Assembly (NCBI GenBank): GCA_965205425.1
Contig: CBDBGZ010000009.1
Coordinates: forward strand, 736,001-800,000
DNA: 64,000 nucleotides
From: Nitrosopumilus sp.
Lineage (GTDB): Archaea > Thermoproteota > Nitrososphaeria > Nitrososphaerales > Nitrosopumilaceae
Direction of reading: 5' to 3'
Of this stretch, positions 20,123-31,708 are shown piece after piece. Numbering within the stretch: position 1 is the first letter of the stretch; each line of letters starts with the position of its first letter. A program made the translations under genes and the position numbers. Under the pieces are notes generated by a model. The model was not told where the DNA came from, searched no databases, and saw only the letters and a program-made list of their open reading frames with translations.

Positions 20123-21559
20123 ATTTGAACTATAATTTTGGTGGAAGACTTGGAGAGTTTTCAAATTTACCATTATTGCAATACCTGGATTTGGAGTCAT
20201 TCCAACACTTGCCTGAAAAGGTGTCTGTTTTTGCCAAGAACCAGAATTTACCAATAATATTCCCTTGTACATATCCAACTGTGCTCTATGAACATGACCC
20301 ACATGAAAAATATCTGGAATGTCTTGAATAACCAAAAGATCCTCCATTTCAGGTGCTATAGGGGTCTGACTACCATAAATTGGACTAAGATGTCTTGCTC
20401 TGAGTAGATGTCTCATGACATTTGTTGGTTGGTCATAACTTAGACCAGGTGTGGTTTTTACAATATCATCTATACTTTGACCATGAAACATTGAGACAAT
20501 TACACCATTTAATGAAACTACGGCGGGATTTCCTACCATTACCACATTTTCTTTTTCCCACAGATTTGAATTATATTTCTTAGGTATGGCTGGTTGTGGT
20601 AAGGCCCTTCTACCAGGATCGTGATTTCCAGGCATTATGATAATTTTAACATTTTTAGGAATTTTATCAATCAAATCCTCGGCTTTTTTTAATTGCTCTT
20701 CTATCGTCTGACAAACCAATTCTTTATTCTGATTTGGATAAATCCCAACCCCATCTACCATATCCCCTCCAATTAGAACAAATCGAATCCTTCTTGCAAT
20801 TTGATCAGGACTAGATATCCATGCTACAAATTCTGAGAATTCTTCTTCCATGAAATACTTGCTTCCAATATGCAAATCAGAAACAAATACAGCATATGCA
20901 TCACTTTCTGACTTGTTTTTTGCCTGCTCTGGAATATCTGGCAGTATCAAATCTTTAATGATATATCCTGAATTTTTTGCTGAACCTATTCTTGCCATAA
21001 CAAATTGATCTAAAAGAAGGGTTCCCGCAGTTTTTTGTAGTTCCTCATCAAAAATTATACCCTCAAACGAGCCTGAAGGGTCTTCCAGAACGATCTTGGT
21101 GATATTTCTCTCAGAATTTCTTGTTGTGACTAATCCACATACGTAGAGGTCATCTTCAATTTTTGTATTTTTTAGAGATGCTGTTGATTTGAGCATTTTT
21201 GATTCTGGTCTATCTAAGATAATTCGTTTAAGTTTGTTAAACCGACTTGAAAATAATGCATTGTAACCTTTGACACCCTCTCCCGATGTTATCTTACTAG
21301 TTGGATCAGACAACACCTTAACTTCATTTTGTAATGATGAATCCTCCTTAATTCCAAGATATGTTTCCAAATCATCTTGGTTGATCTGAAATAATTTCTG
21401 CTTTGTCTTTTCTCGAACTATTTCTTTGATAATTTTCTCTAATTTTCTTACATCAACATTTTCTAAAATCTTAAAAGCATCAGGATGAATTTGAAATCCC
21501 TTGTTTAGTGCATAGTTTAGGGCAAAGGAGAGTTCCTTTTTCATATCAAAAAATATCAT
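20099..21559 (-). CDS. polB: DNA polymerase D small subunit DP1
   Basis: SDLHIGS, GDMVDG, PGNHD, FHG, GHVH phosphoesterase motifs. Confidence 0.95.
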   Translation of the reverse strand: MIFFDMKKELSFALNYALNKGFQIHPDAFKILENVDVRKLEKIIKEIVREKTKQKLFQINQDDLETYLGIKEDSSLQNEVKVLSDPTSKITSGEGVKGYNALFSSRFNKLKRIILDRPESKMLKSTASLKNTKIEDDLYVCGLVTTRNSERNITKIVLEDPSGSFEGIIFDEELQKTAGTLLLDQFVMARIGSAKNSGYIIKDLILPDIPEQAKNKSESDAYAVFVSDLHIGSKYFMEEEFSEFVAWISSPDQIARRIRFVLIGGDMVDGVGIYPNQNKELVCQTIEEQLKKAEDLIDKIPKNVKIIIMPGNHDPGRRALPQPAIPKKYNSNLWEKENVVMVGNPAVVSLNGVIVSMFHGQSIDDIVKTTPGLSYDQPTNVMRHLLRARHLSPIYGSQTPIAPEMEDLLVIQDIPDIFHVGHVHRAQLDMYKGILLVNSGSWQKQTPFQASVGMTPNPGIAIMVNLKTLQVFHQNYSSNLDNVLQS

Positions 21560-21599
21560 TCGGTTTAATTAAATCTGCGCCTACATCAACCCTCAAATA

Positions 21600-22166
21600 T
21601 TGTTCATGAGGTATGGCAATGTGAATAAAATCAGAATAATCGCATTCTTTGTATTTTTAGGACTTTTTGTTGCAGCATATCAAATTGGATCAATGTCTAC
21701 TGTTAGTGAAGAAGAAGCAAATGCATTCATGGTAGAATTTGAAGAACTTGTTTTAAATATTGATGCATTTGGAATCTTTACTCATAACTTGACTATTGCG
21801 TTACCGATGTTTATCCCGGGATTTGGGATTGTGTGGGGCCTTTTCTCTGCTTGGTCAACCGGTTTTGCATTTGCATCAATAGCACTTACAGCACCTGAAA
21901 TCCTGGCCGAAGTACACCCACTTGAAATTCTTTTCTATACTCCATTTGGATTAATAGAGCTTGTAGCATATTCTATTGGTCTTTCTAGAAGTTTTATTCT
22001 GATTAGAGCAATTATAAAAAAAATTGATTTGCTTACATTAGCCAAACCAACACTTATTGAAATTGGAATTGTTACAGGACTTCTTTTGGCTGGAGGATAC
22101 ATTGAATTTTACATGATAGAATTTGCTCAAGAACAAGGGTTGATGGATATGCCTGGGTTTGAATAA
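21600..22166 (+). CDS. SpoIIM-like membrane protein
   Basis: IFTHN...PFGLIEL...GGYIE pattern; multiple TMs. Confidence 0.7.
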   Translation: MFMRYGNVNKIRIIAFFVFLGLFVAAYQIGSMSTVSEEEANAFMVEFEELVLNIDAFGIFTHNLTIALPMFIPGFGIVWGLFSAWSTGFAFASIALTAPEILAEVHPLEILFYTPFGLIELVAYSIGLSRSFILIRAIIKKIDLLTLAKPTLIEIGIVTGLLLAGGYIEFYMIEFAQEQGLMDMPGFE

Positions 22167-22247
22167 TTGCATTACCCATGGATTTGCCTAATCAGTCTAA
22201 AATTATTTAGTAGCAAATTATAAACCAAATTAAATGAGAAATTAATC

Positions 22248-23246
22248 ATGAGAGTAGCCATTACATTACTAGCTCTACTTGTAATTTCATCAGGATATTT
22301 TGTAAATGAATCATTTGCAGAAATTTCTGAAAAACAAGCATTTCTTTTAGAAGGATCTGGTTTTGCCGTAACTGAAGAAATAATCAAAATATCTGAAATT
22401 GATTTAGGTTTATCATCTCAAGATCAACGTGGAAGTACAATTAATTTTTTGACTGAGGATGGTTTTATTACATTAGATAATGAAGAATTTATAATTTCTA
22501 ATTTAGAAGGAAAATTTTTGCGTGAAGGAAAATACATTCGAGTAAATGGAGAAATTGAAAGCTCAAATGGTTTTGATACCTCAATTAGTTTCTTTGGAAG
22601 ATTAGTTGATGAAAGTAAAGATGCAGCAGTTTATGGTTTTACTGGTAGAATTACTACCTCTGATGATACTTACAAAGTAATTTACACGACAAAATTATCT
22701 ACACTATCACAAATTACTACAACTACAGAGTCTGAAGAATTAGATGATCTTACACTACGTATTCTCCCAGGAGCATCATCAGTAGGAGTTACCGGAAGTT
22801 ACATTGAAGCAGGTAATACTCAAGATACAACTGATCCATCTAGATTAAGATATTTCTCACAAGATAGAATTTCAGTAGAACCAGGTACTAGTATTACAAT
22901 AATTAATGATGATGTAATGTCTCATAGTTTAGTCAGTGGTATTGTCGTAGGTTCAGAAAGAGATCTTGATAAAGGAAATATTTGTAGAGATATTGATATA
23001 TCACTTGCTGAAGGATTTAGTACTTTTGGTGAAGGTTCAGAGGTTTACAATTGTGACTTTGTTATTGATAATAGAGTGAACACTGATATGATTTTACCTG
23101 GAGAATCAACATCAATCACTTTTAATGAATTGGGATTCTATAGATTAATTGATCCTGATTATGGATGGATGAGAATTATAGCGTATGTGTTTCCAAGTTC
23201 AGATAATAATGTAATTTTACGTGAAGGACAAAACTTGGGAAATTAA
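22248..23246 (+). CDS. Secreted protein with degenerate cupredoxin-like C-terminal domain
   Basis: Signal peptide; ISVEPGTSITIINDDVMSHSL...PGES..ITFNELGFY. Confidence 0.6.
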   Translation: MRVAITLLALLVISSGYFVNESFAEISEKQAFLLEGSGFAVTEEIIKISEIDLGLSSQDQRGSTINFLTEDGFITLDNEEFIISNLEGKFLREGKYIRVNGEIESSNGFDTSISFFGRLVDESKDAAVYGFTGRITTSDDTYKVIYTTKLSTLSQITTTTESEELDDLTLRILPGASSVGVTGSYIEAGNTQDTTDPSRLRYFSQDRISVEPGTSITIINDDVMSHSLVSGIVVGSERDLDKGNICRDIDISLAEGFSTFGEGSEVYNCDFVIDNRVNTDMILPGESTSITFNELGFYRLIDPDYGWMRIIAYVFPSSDNNVILREGQNLGN

Positions 23247-23959
23247 TTTTCCCATTGCCATCTATAATTCATGTATGAGTCTAAACTAGTCTGATTAAAC
23301 ACCATTACAGACAAATCAGAAAACTCTTTTCCCTCTAAATCATTTACAGTACCAACAAATTTTGTTTCATTTTCAGTAGTTATTGCCTCAAAAACATGAA
23401 CCTTCATATTTTTTGTGTCAAAATTATGTTCTCTGAGATATATTGCTATTTCAGATGGCATGAAATGTTTGTCGGGTTGTTTTGACCAAGGTCTTGGAAC
23501 TAAAACTACACTAAAACCATCAATCAATGCTTTTTGTAATTCTAATTTTTTATCTTCAATTGGGGTTGTAACATGCATTGTGATTACTTTTGATTTATCA
23601 AGAGGAACCTTTGCTCTAGATGCAGCTACTTGAATTGAACTAATTCCTGGAATAATTTCTACTTCACCAAAAATTTCTATTAATCTATCTACAACTTCTG
23701 ATTCTGAAAAATTTACATCACCAGTAAATGGAATTACTAGAGTTCGCTCACCAAGTTTTGGAAGAATTTTTTGATAAGAATCTTCTTGATCATTCATAGT
23801 AATTTCATAAATCTCTTTACCTTGAATCAAATCTTCTATTGTTTTTAGAGTATACTTGTATCCAATTATAACATCACAATTTTGAATTATTTCTTTTACA
23901 ATTTCTGTTACATATTTTGGAGAACCTGGTCCAACTCCTACAGCGAAAACTTTTCCCAA
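23243..23959 (-). CDS. cbiE: Cobalt-precorrin-7 C5-methyltransferase
   Basis: VGVGPGS, TGD, PGISSIQ tetrapyrrole methylase motifs. Confidence 0.75.
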   Translation of the reverse strand: MGKVFAVGVGPGSPKYVTEIVKEIIQNCDVIIGYKYTLKTIEDLIQGKEIYEITMNDQEDSYQKILPKLGERTLVIPFTGDVNFSESEVVDRLIEIFGEVEIIPGISSIQVAASRAKVPLDKSKVITMHVTTPIEDKKLELQKALIDGFSVVLVPRPWSKQPDKHFMPSEIAIYLREHNFDTKNMKVHVFEAITTENETKFVGTVNDLEGKEFSDLSVMVFNQTSLDSYMNYRWQWEN

Positions 23960-23961
23960 TT

Positions 23962-24453
23962 TTACTTCGTAAAGTTTTGTCTGTCTTTAATATATTGCAC
24001 AAAAGGCGCCCAATCCACTTTCATGTATTTCGTAGGCTCTTTTGCAGGATATTTTACCCAATTTTGGGCTATTGAATACTGAAATTTCTCTTCTTTTCCA
24101 TCTTTTTGATACTCTAACTGTAAGGAACTTCCCCAATCCTTTTCTGTAAAACTTATACCGGAAATATCATCAAATGATAATTCCATATTTCTATCATCTT
24201 CACAATCATTCATCAAATCTTCTTCATTATATCCATCATGACGAATCATCGTATTTTTTGATTTTATAAAATTAATTACCTGTCTTTGAGTAATGGCTTT
24301 CCACCAATTCATCTTTGATTCAGTTTTATGTACATACATCAAATGTTTGTCAGTTAATACCAACATGCCTTCTTTTCCACCAATCGAAAAAAACTTTTTT
24401 GATTCTCTCCACACTGAAACTAGATGTGCCTGAATCTTTTCATCAGGTTGCAT
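23962..24453 (-). CDS. Hypothetical protein (PH-like fold possible)
   Basis: GMLVLTDKHL motif. Confidence 0.6.
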   Translation of the reverse strand: MQPDEKIQAHLVSVWRESKKFFSIGGKEGMLVLTDKHLMYVHKTESKMNWWKAITQRQVINFIKSKNTMIRHDGYNEEDLMNDCEDDRNMELSFDDISGISFTEKDWGSSLQLEYQKDGKEEKFQYSIAQNWVKYPAKEPTKYMKVDWAPFVQYIKDRQNFTK

Positions 24454-24526
24454 ATCGGATGATTTATTGAACTTTGTTAAAAACTAATACAATTGGCTTT
24501 TAAGTAAGCAATATTGAAAAAAATTA

Positions 24527-26071
24527 TTGAATAAAACTTTCATATTCTTATTATTTTCATTATTTATAGTTAGTTCAGGAAGCTATACCTTTGCCCAAAC
24601 AGTTGAATTTAATGAAATTAAAATTATGGATCCTGTAGTAATTTTAGAAACTGATTTGGGAGAAATTGTTATAGCATTCTTCCCAAATGATGCTCCAAAA
24701 CATGTTGAAAATTTCATCATATTATCCCAAACGGGATTTTATGATAATGTATTATTCCATAGAATCATTCCTGGATTTATGATTCAAGGCGGTGATCCAA
24801 ATACGATTGATGGTGATCCAAATACTTGGGGAACTGGTGGCCCAACCACAAGTGTAGATGCAGAGTTTAATACAATAAAACATAATCGTGGAATTGTTTC
24901 AATGGCAAGATCTGCTGATCCGAACAGTGGCGGCTCTCAATTTTTCATAGTTCATCAAGATTCTAATTTTCTTGATGAACAATATACCGTATTTGGTAGA
25001 ATTATAACTGAAGAAAGTTTTGAAACACTAGATAAAATCGCAGCCGTTAAAATAGGAATTAGTGACAGACCTATGGATCCTGAACAAGTTAGAATTACAA
25101 AAACTACAGTAGTTAGTATATCTGAAATTCAAAATCTTCTTGACTTAGGAGATCCTGAACGAACTCAATCAGTTGTAACTCCATCAACAGGCAATCAACC
25201 ATATCAAAGTACAGAACATGAGATTAAACTAAGTGTACCTGAAGGTTGGTTATTACAAGAACAAGATAAAACCCAACCAGATTCTCCGGATGTAGTTGCA
25301 GTTGGTCCAAAAACTGGCATAATGAATCCGGTAATATCTTTAACAATTATAGAATCTAATCAACGTATGTTTGATGAATTAATTTCTGAAAAACTTGCAT
25401 CAATTCAACAAGTAATAGAAACAGGTGAGTTGAAAATAAGTTCACAGAAAAAAATGACTATAAACGAATATGATGCATATGTTACTGAAGCAGAAGGACT
25501 ATTCTCAGCAAATGGAGAAAAATATAATGTTCAATTCAAAGAAATCATGTTTTATGATAATGAAAAAGTTTACACCCTTGCATATAGTAATGGTGTAGAT
25601 GATTTTGATTCACAACTACCAAGATTTGATGAAACCGTTGATTCTTTTGAAATAATCTCAGACGAACAAATTAATACAACCCCTGGAGGAACAACAGGAG
25701 AAGAAAATGGTGGTTGTTTAATTGCAACTGCAGCATTTGGTTCTGAAATGGCACCACAAGTTCAACAACTCAGAGAGCTTAGAGATAATATAATATTATC
25801 AACAGAATCTGGAACTGCATTTATGAGTGGATTTAATCAATTCTATTACTCATTTTCACCTGTAATTGCTGATATGGAACGTGAAAACCCTCTTTTCAGA
25901 GAATTTGTAAAACTTTCCATTACTCCAATGTTATCAACATTATCAATTCTAAATTATGTTGAAATTGATTCAGAAACTGAAATGTTATCTTATGGAATTG
26001 GAATTATTTTAATGAATGTTGGAATGTATTTTACAGCACCTGCAATAATTATCTACAAAATTAGGAAATAA
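24527..26071 (+). CDS. Cyclophilin-type PPIase with PsbP-like middle domain and CFI-box-CTERM
   Basis: FHRIIPGFMIQGGDP, SQFFI, YTVFG; GGCLIATAAFGSEMAPQVQQLRELRD followed by a TM. Confidence 0.88.
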   Translation: MNKTFIFLLFSLFIVSSGSYTFAQTVEFNEIKIMDPVVILETDLGEIVIAFFPNDAPKHVENFIILSQTGFYDNVLFHRIIPGFMIQGGDPNTIDGDPNTWGTGGPTTSVDAEFNTIKHNRGIVSMARSADPNSGGSQFFIVHQDSNFLDEQYTVFGRIITEESFETLDKIAAVKIGISDRPMDPEQVRITKTTVVSISEIQNLLDLGDPERTQSVVTPSTGNQPYQSTEHEIKLSVPEGWLLQEQDKTQPDSPDVVAVGPKTGIMNPVISLTIIESNQRMFDELISEKLASIQQVIETGELKISSQKKMTINEYDAYVTEAEGLFSANGEKYNVQFKEIMFYDNEKVYTLAYSNGVDDFDSQLPRFDETVDSFEIISDEQINTTPGGTTGEENGGCLIATAAFGSEMAPQVQQLRELRDNIILSTESGTAFMSGFNQFYYSFSPVIADMERENPLFREFVKLSITPMLSTLSILNYVEIDSETEMLSYGIGIILMNVGMYFTAPAIIIYKIRK

Positions 26072-26076
26072 TTTTT

Positions 26077-27450
26077 TTACCAAACATCATCTACTTCATC
26101 AAGAAGCTTGTATTCTTTTTCTGTTTCATATTTCATCAGTTTTAGTCTAGAGATATCTCTATCAAAGAACAAATCTATTGCCCAATCAAGAAATACACGT
26201 ATTTTTTTATCAAACGTTGTGATTTTTGAGAGATATACATTTCTCCAAATTAGCCAAGCCCAAAATCCAGAAATATTCATTCCCAAAAAGGTAGCGATTC
26301 CTGATCTTTTTCCAATAATTGCCATTTGGCCTTTAGAATGATAAACAAATTTTTCTTTTGTAGAATTTTTAATTAACGAAATTAAATTTTTAGCTGCTAT
26401 CTTTGCTTGTGCCTCTGCAATTTGAGCAGTAGGTGGCAATGGTCTTTGTGTTTCAGGATCAATATGTAATGCACAATCACCAATTGCAAATACTCCTGGG
26501 AAATCTGTAACCTCTAGATAATCATTTACAATGAGTTTTCCTTTCTCTGTCTTGAACATAGATCTCTTAATTGTATTAACTGGAGTAACTCCTGCAGTCC
26601 AAATCAATGTCTTTGTAATTATTGAATCAATTTCAGATGTATTGATTGAATCTTTTGGATGATCATCTAATGATTTTGTAGTAACTTCATTTCCATCAAA
26701 ACTAGTTACAGCTGTTTTTAATCTAATGTCAATTCCTCTTTCCACCATCTTGTCTTTAGCAAAATCTGCTAGTTTTGTATTAAATCCAGGTAAAATCATA
26801 CCTAGTGCCTCTAGAACAATTACTTTGAGATCTTCTTTAAGAATTGTAGGGTAATGTTTTCTTGCATCCAATAAAAGATCCATTAATTCCCCAGCGGTTT
26901 CAATTCCTGCAAATCCTCCTCCAACAACTACAAAATTCAAAAAACTTTTTCGCAGTATTGGATTAGTTTCATTTTCTGCCTGTTCTAACATGTCAATAAC
27001 TCTATTTCTTAACACAACAGCATCACTGAGTGTCTTCATTGTATATGCATTTTTTTCAACATCTGCCATTCCAAAAAAGTTAGTTTCACTACCTAGTGCA
27101 ACAACTAGAAAATCATAATGTATTGAAATACTTCGTTTATCCCCAGTTCCCCATAATGTTACAAGTTTTCCATAAGGATCAATATTTTTAATTCTACCTT
27201 CATAAAATTTTATTTTTTTACAAACAGTTCTAATTGGCAAAACAATATGTCTAGTTTCAATCATTCCTGAGGCTACCTGTGGCAGCATTGGTGTGAATAA
27301 TAGAAAATTATCTTCACTTATCATTACCAATTCAATTTCAGGATTATTTCCAAATTCTTTTTCTAATTGTCTGGCACATTCTACACCCGCAAATCCTCCG
27401 CCCAAAATCACTATTTTTTTCTTATTTCTAGCCAATCGTGCCCTTTCCAC
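26077..27450 (-). CDS. Type II NADH dehydrogenase-like flavoprotein
   Basis: Two GGGFAG motifs, FTPMLP, GDCA, AQIA. Confidence 0.88.
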   Translation of the reverse strand: MERARLARNKKKIVILGGGFAGVECARQLEKEFGNNPEIELVMISEDNFLLFTPMLPQVASGMIETRHIVLPIRTVCKKIKFYEGRIKNIDPYGKLVTLWGTGDKRSISIHYDFLVVALGSETNFFGMADVEKNAYTMKTLSDAVVLRNRVIDMLEQAENETNPILRKSFLNFVVVGGGFAGIETAGELMDLLLDARKHYPTILKEDLKVIVLEALGMILPGFNTKLADFAKDKMVERGIDIRLKTAVTSFDGNEVTTKSLDDHPKDSINTSEIDSIITKTLIWTAGVTPVNTIKRSMFKTEKGKLIVNDYLEVTDFPGVFAIGDCALHIDPETQRPLPPTAQIAEAQAKIAAKNLISLIKNSTKEKFVYHSKGQMAIIGKRSGIATFLGMNISGFWAWLIWRNVYLSKITTFDKKIRVFLDWAIDLFFDRDISRLKLMKYETEKEYKLLDEVDDVW

Positions 27451-27504
27451 AAATTGGGTGAATATATGCTATAAGAATAATTTTCAGTAAATTCACTACT
27501 ACGC

Positions 27505-28170
27505 TTAGGTTCTCATAATATCTGAATGTAAAATATCATAGGCCCTAGAAGAATCCCTTTCATTTAGAATAATTGTGATATTATCCTGACTGAAAAATGC
27601 GTTAACCAATTCTACTCCATTTGCGTGTAATACTTCAGCTACATAGGATACTACATCTGATTGATTTTGTGCATTGGGGATTGAAATTCTAATTTTTGCA
27701 AGACCAGTACTAAACATATCATCATTTTCTGGAACGTTACTGAAAATCTGTCTAATGTCATCCATATCTTCAGCTAGAAATCTAAACGAATCAGATAGTC
27801 TGAAAAAATCATAATTGTTAGTCACCTTAGAGAATTTATCTAAAATTGCCATTGGATCCATTTCATTTGAATCCTTTACTGAAAACTTTACATCCATTAT
27901 TCCATCAGTCAAAGCCAATCTTGCATTTTTCAAAACTGATTCATCTTTGACTTCATCCTTGATTTCAAATGAATCCGCATATCTTTTGATTGCAACAACT
28001 ACAGTGTTAACATTAACGGAATTACCTAGAATTCTTTCAATCTCTGGTTGAATCTTTACTGCCAAAGCTGTATAGTTTATCAAATCCATTTTCATACAAT
28101 CATAAATTGAACGATTTCTGGTGATGATTTCTCTAACAACTTCGGGTATGGACACGTTTGTAGTCCTCAT
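27505..28170 (-). CDS. ACT-domain-containing protein
   Basis: LINYTALA N-terminal motif; C-terminal ACT-like segment. Confidence 0.7.
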   Translation of the reverse strand: MRTTNVSIPEVVREIITRNRSIYDCMKMDLINYTALAVKIQPEIERILGNSVNVNTVVVAIKRYADSFEIKDEVKDESVLKNARLALTDGIMDVKFSVKDSNEMDPMAILDKFSKVTNNYDFFRLSDSFRFLAEDMDDIRQIFSNVPENDDMFSTGLAKIRISIPNAQNQSDVVSYVAEVLHANGVELVNAFFSQDNITIILNERDSSRAYDILHSDIMRT

Positions 28171-28274
28171 TAAGCTTATTATATTATGTCAGTTATAATA
28201 GGATTATGTAAGAAATCAAAGAAATACTGATAATCTTTATATAATGTCATATATATTACATATAGTAGATATAT

Positions 28275-28775
28275 ATGACAAACTTCTTTGATAGTGAATT
28301 TGATAGAATCTTCAAAAAAATGTCAAGCTCTTTTTTCAATATAGATGACGTTTTTGAGGAATTCAATGGAAATGGTTCTGAATCCGGCCCATATTATTAC
28401 GGTTATACAATGACCGTTGGTCCTGATGGAAAACCTATTGTAAACGAATATGGCAATGTCAAACCAGGCCTTGCTCCATCTTTTGATACACGCAAACCAC
28501 TTGTTGACACAATTGTCGATGAAAAAGAAAAGGTAGTAAAACTCATAGCTGAGATGCCAGGAGTCGAAAAATCTGATGTTAAGATTGTTGTTGAAAACAA
28601 AACAGTAGATCTTTCAGCAGAACATGATGAGAAAAAATATCATGTCAAAGTTCCTGTGCAACACAAAGTTGATGAAAACTCTGCAAAAGCCTCTTACAAG
28701 AATGGAGTTTTGCAAATCGTCTTCAAATTAGTTGCAGAAGAAAAACCAAAAGGCAAAACGGTGGAGGTTGAATAA
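28275..28775 (+). CDS. hsp20: Small heat shock protein
   Basis: AEMPGVEK, ASYKNGVL alpha-crystallin motifs. Confidence 0.92.
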   Translation: MTNFFDSEFDRIFKKMSSSFFNIDDVFEEFNGNGSESGPYYYGYTMTVGPDGKPIVNEYGNVKPGLAPSFDTRKPLVDTIVDEKEKVVKLIAEMPGVEKSDVKIVVENKTVDLSAEHDEKKYHVKVPVQHKVDENSAKASYKNGVLQIVFKLVAEEKPKGKTVEVE

Positions 28776-28802
28776 ACCCCTCTTTATTTTTGAGGTAATG
28801 AT

Positions 28803-30941
28803 ATGAGTGAAATAATTTTAAAAATTGAAGAGAGCCCACAACAACATGTTGGTATGGGCAGAGCAATTATTGATCCTAAAATTATTGAGGATCAAAAATG
28901 GAATTCTGGCCAAATTCTTGAACTTACATTCAATAAAAAAACACATGTAAAACTTTGGCCCGGTGCACCTGAAGAATATGGTTCAGGTATTATCAAAATA
29001 GATGGAATGACAAGACAAAATATTGGAGCTGGAATTGGTGATAAAATTTCACTAAAAACAGTTGAAGCTGTAAATGCTGAACAAATTGTTTTGTCACCAA
29101 CTGAAAAGATTGCTGCAGAAGGATTGCAAGAATACATGATTTACAATTATCTTAATCATGTTTTTACAACAGGAGATTCAGTTTCTCTTAACACACAGAT
29201 GGGTGGAAGAGTTCAATTTGTTGTAACAAGTACCAAACCATCTAAACCAGTTTTAGTTACAGAAAATACTGTATTCAAGCTTGGTGCAATGACTAAGGCA
29301 GTTGATTCATCATTTCCAAGAATCACATATGATGAACTGGGAGGCCTAAAAAATGAAGTCCAAAAAATTCGTGAAATGGTAGAGTTACCAATGAGACATC
29401 CTGAATTATTTGATAAAATAGGCGTGGAAGCACCAAAAGGCGTACTATTGTATGGTCCCCCAGGAACTGGAAAAACCCTACTAGCAAAGGCAGTAGCTGG
29501 AGAAACTAATGCTCATTTTATCTCTCTAAGTGGTCCTGAAATAATGGGTAAACATTATGGAGAAAGTGAAGAAAGAATTAGAGAAATCTTTACGCAAGCT
29601 GAAGAAAATGCCCCTAGCATAATTTTCATAGATGAGATTGATTCTATTGCTCCAAAAAGAGATGAAGTTTCTGGTGAACTAGAGAAAAGAATTGTTTCAC
29701 AATTACTAACTCTAATGGATGGTATGAAGTCTAGAGGCAAAGTTGTTGTAATTGCAGCTACTAACAGACCAGACTCAATTGATCCAGCACTTCGAAGACC
29801 AGGTAGATTTGATAGAGAAATTGAAATTGGGATTCCAGACGATGAAGGAAGATTCGATATTCTTTCAATTCATACACGTGGTATGCCAATTGATGAGAAA
29901 GTAGATCTAAAACAAATCTCAAAAACTATACATGGATTTGTAGGAGCTGATTTGGAAATATTATCTAAAGAAGCTGCAATGAAATCTCTTCGTAGAATTC
30001 TTCCTGAGATTGATTATGATGAAGAAAAAATTTCATCAGAGATACTTGAAAAGATCCAAATCACAAGTGAAGATTTTAGAGATGCACTAAAAGAAGTCAG
30101 TCCTAGTGCACTCAGAGAAGTCCAAGTCCAAATTCCAAATGTAAATTGGGATGATGTTGGTGGTTTAGATGAATTAAAAGAAGAACTCAAAGAAGCTGTT
30201 GAATGGCCAATCAAGTACAAGGATGCATATGATTATGTAAATGTAGAAACACCAAAAGGAATTCTACTTCATGGTCCTCCAGGTACTGGTAAGACACTGA
30301 TTGCAAAGGCTCTTGCAAAAATGACCGAATCTAATTTTATCAGTATAAAGGGTCCTGAGCTACTTTCAAAATGGGTAGGAGAATCTGAAAAAGGCGTCAG
30401 AGAAATATTCAGAAAAGCCAGACAGGCAGCACCATGTATTATTTTCTTAGATGAAGTTGATGCACTTGTTCCAAGAAGAAGAGGAGGTTCTGATTCACAT
30501 GTTACAGAAAATATAGTATCTCAAATCTTAACAGAAATCGATGGATTAGAAGAACTAAACAATGTTTTGATAATTGGTGCAACAAACCGATTAGACATTG
30601 TTGATGAAGCTCTTCTCAGACCAGGCAGATTTGATAGAATCATCAAAGTTCCAAATCCTGATGAAAAAGGAAGACAACATATCTTTGAGATTCATACAAA
30701 GAACAAACCTCTTGCAAGTGATGTAAAAATCTCAGAAATTGTAAAATTGACTGATGATTTTAGTGGTGCTGAGATTGCAGCAGTTGCAAACAGAGCCGCA
30801 ATTACAGCTTTGAAGAGATATGTTTCTGGCAAATCAGAAAATGTCAAAGAGATTAAGATTTCTCAGCAAGATTTAGTTGATGCTGTGGATAAGGTAAAGC
30901 CTCGAAAGAAAGAGGCACCTATACCTCAATCCATAAAATAA
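28803..30941 (+). CDS. cdc48: CDC48/VCP-family AAA ATPase
   Basis: Two [11 protein letters not shown] modules, RPGRFDR twice. Confidence 0.96.
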   Translation: MSEIILKIEESPQQHVGMGRAIIDPKIIEDQKWNSGQILELTFNKKTHVKLWPGAPEEYGSGIIKIDGMTRQNIGAGIGDKISLKTVEAVNAEQIVLSPTEKIAAEGLQEYMIYNYLNHVFTTGDSVSLNTQMGGRVQFVVTSTKPSKPVLVTENTVFKLGAMTKAVDSSFPRITYDELGGLKNEVQKIREMVELPMRHPELFDKIGVEAPKGVLLYGPPGTGKTLLAKAVAGETNAHFISLSGPEIMGKHYGESEERIREIFTQAEENAPSIIFIDEIDSIAPKRDEVSGELEKRIVSQLLTLMDGMKSRGKVVVIAATNRPDSIDPALRRPGRFDREIEIGIPDDEGRFDILSIHTRGMPIDEKVDLKQISKTIHGFVGADLEILSKEAAMKSLRRILPEIDYDEEKISSEILEKIQITSEDFRDALKEVSPSALREVQVQIPNVNWDDVGGLDELKEELKEAVEWPIKYKDAYDYVNVETPKGILLHGPPGTGKTLIAKALAKMTESNFISIKGPELLSKWVGESEKGVREIFRKARQAAPCIIFLDEVDALVPRRRGGSDSHVTENIVSQILTEIDGLEELNNVLIIGATNRLDIVDEALLRPGRFDRIIKVPNPDEKGRQHIFEIHTKNKPLASDVKISEIVKLTDDFSGAEIAAVANRAAITALKRYVSGKSENVKEIKISQQDLVDAVDKVKPRKKEAPIPQSIK

Positions 30942-30971
30942 TCTAAATACTAAGGAAAATGAGGAAGAAAC

Positions 30972-31190
30972 ATGAAACTCTATCTTGACTTTGAACCATG
31001 CAAAGAGTGTAATGAAATGATGACTGGATTAAGCAGTTCTGAGATGTTATTTGCTGATGAGAAAACTAGGGCAGACGAATCTGCAAAATTTCTTAGACAT
31101 TTAACATACAATCACAACGAAGTGGTTCAAGCTGTAATGGAAGATCTTCCAAAACAAAAAAGAGATCAAGAGCCTGATTTTTACAAATAA
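30972..31190 (+). CDS. Hypothetical protein (CxxC...HxxxxH)
   Basis: 72-aa ORF downstream of cdc48. Confidence 0.6.
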   Translation: MKLYLDFEPCKECNEMMTGLSSSEMLFADEKTRADESAKFLRHLTYNHNEVVQAVMEDLPKQKRDQEPDFYK

Positions 31191-31264
31191 CCCTTTTTCG
31201 TTCTTAGAAATTAGTAATCACATTCATATACAAAAATGTCATAAGCTTTTTGTGAAATTATAAC

Positions 31265-31702
31265 ATGAAATATGGTCTGATTTTTGCCATGATTGCCATC
31301 ATTGCATCTGTTAGTTTTATACAAATTTCATTAGCAATTGAAACAGAACAAGAACCAGAACCACCACAAATTCCACAACCTAGTCCAGCACCAGAACCAA
31401 TTAAAATACCAGATCCTGCACCTGTACCAGATCCTTTTCCAGAAGAATCTGATTCAGAAAAAGTGAAACGACTAACTGAAGAAAATAATAATCTAAAACA
31501 ACAAAACTCTAATCTGCAAAGTCAAATATCTTCATTAAAAAATGAAAAACTAAGATTACAAGCAGAAATTTCTGAACTAAATGATTCCATACAAAGTCTT
31601 AAAGAAATTACATTGGAACAAGTTCGTGTAATTATGGAGTTGGCAAATCAAGTTAAAGAAATAATTTATGAAAAAATATTTGCTCCTACAATAAAATTGT
31701 AG
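31265..31702 (+). CDS. Secreted Pro-rich coiled-coil protein
   Basis: Signal peptide, PEPP/PDP repeats, heptad segment. Confidence 0.65.
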   Translation: MKYGLIFAMIAIIASVSFIQISLAIETEQEPEPPQIPQPSPAPEPIKIPDPAPVPDPFPEESDSEKVKRLTEENNNLKQQNSNLQSQISSLKNEKLRLQAEISELNDSIQSLKEITLEQVRVIMELANQVKEIIYEKIFAPTIKL

Positions 31703-31708
31703 GATTAT

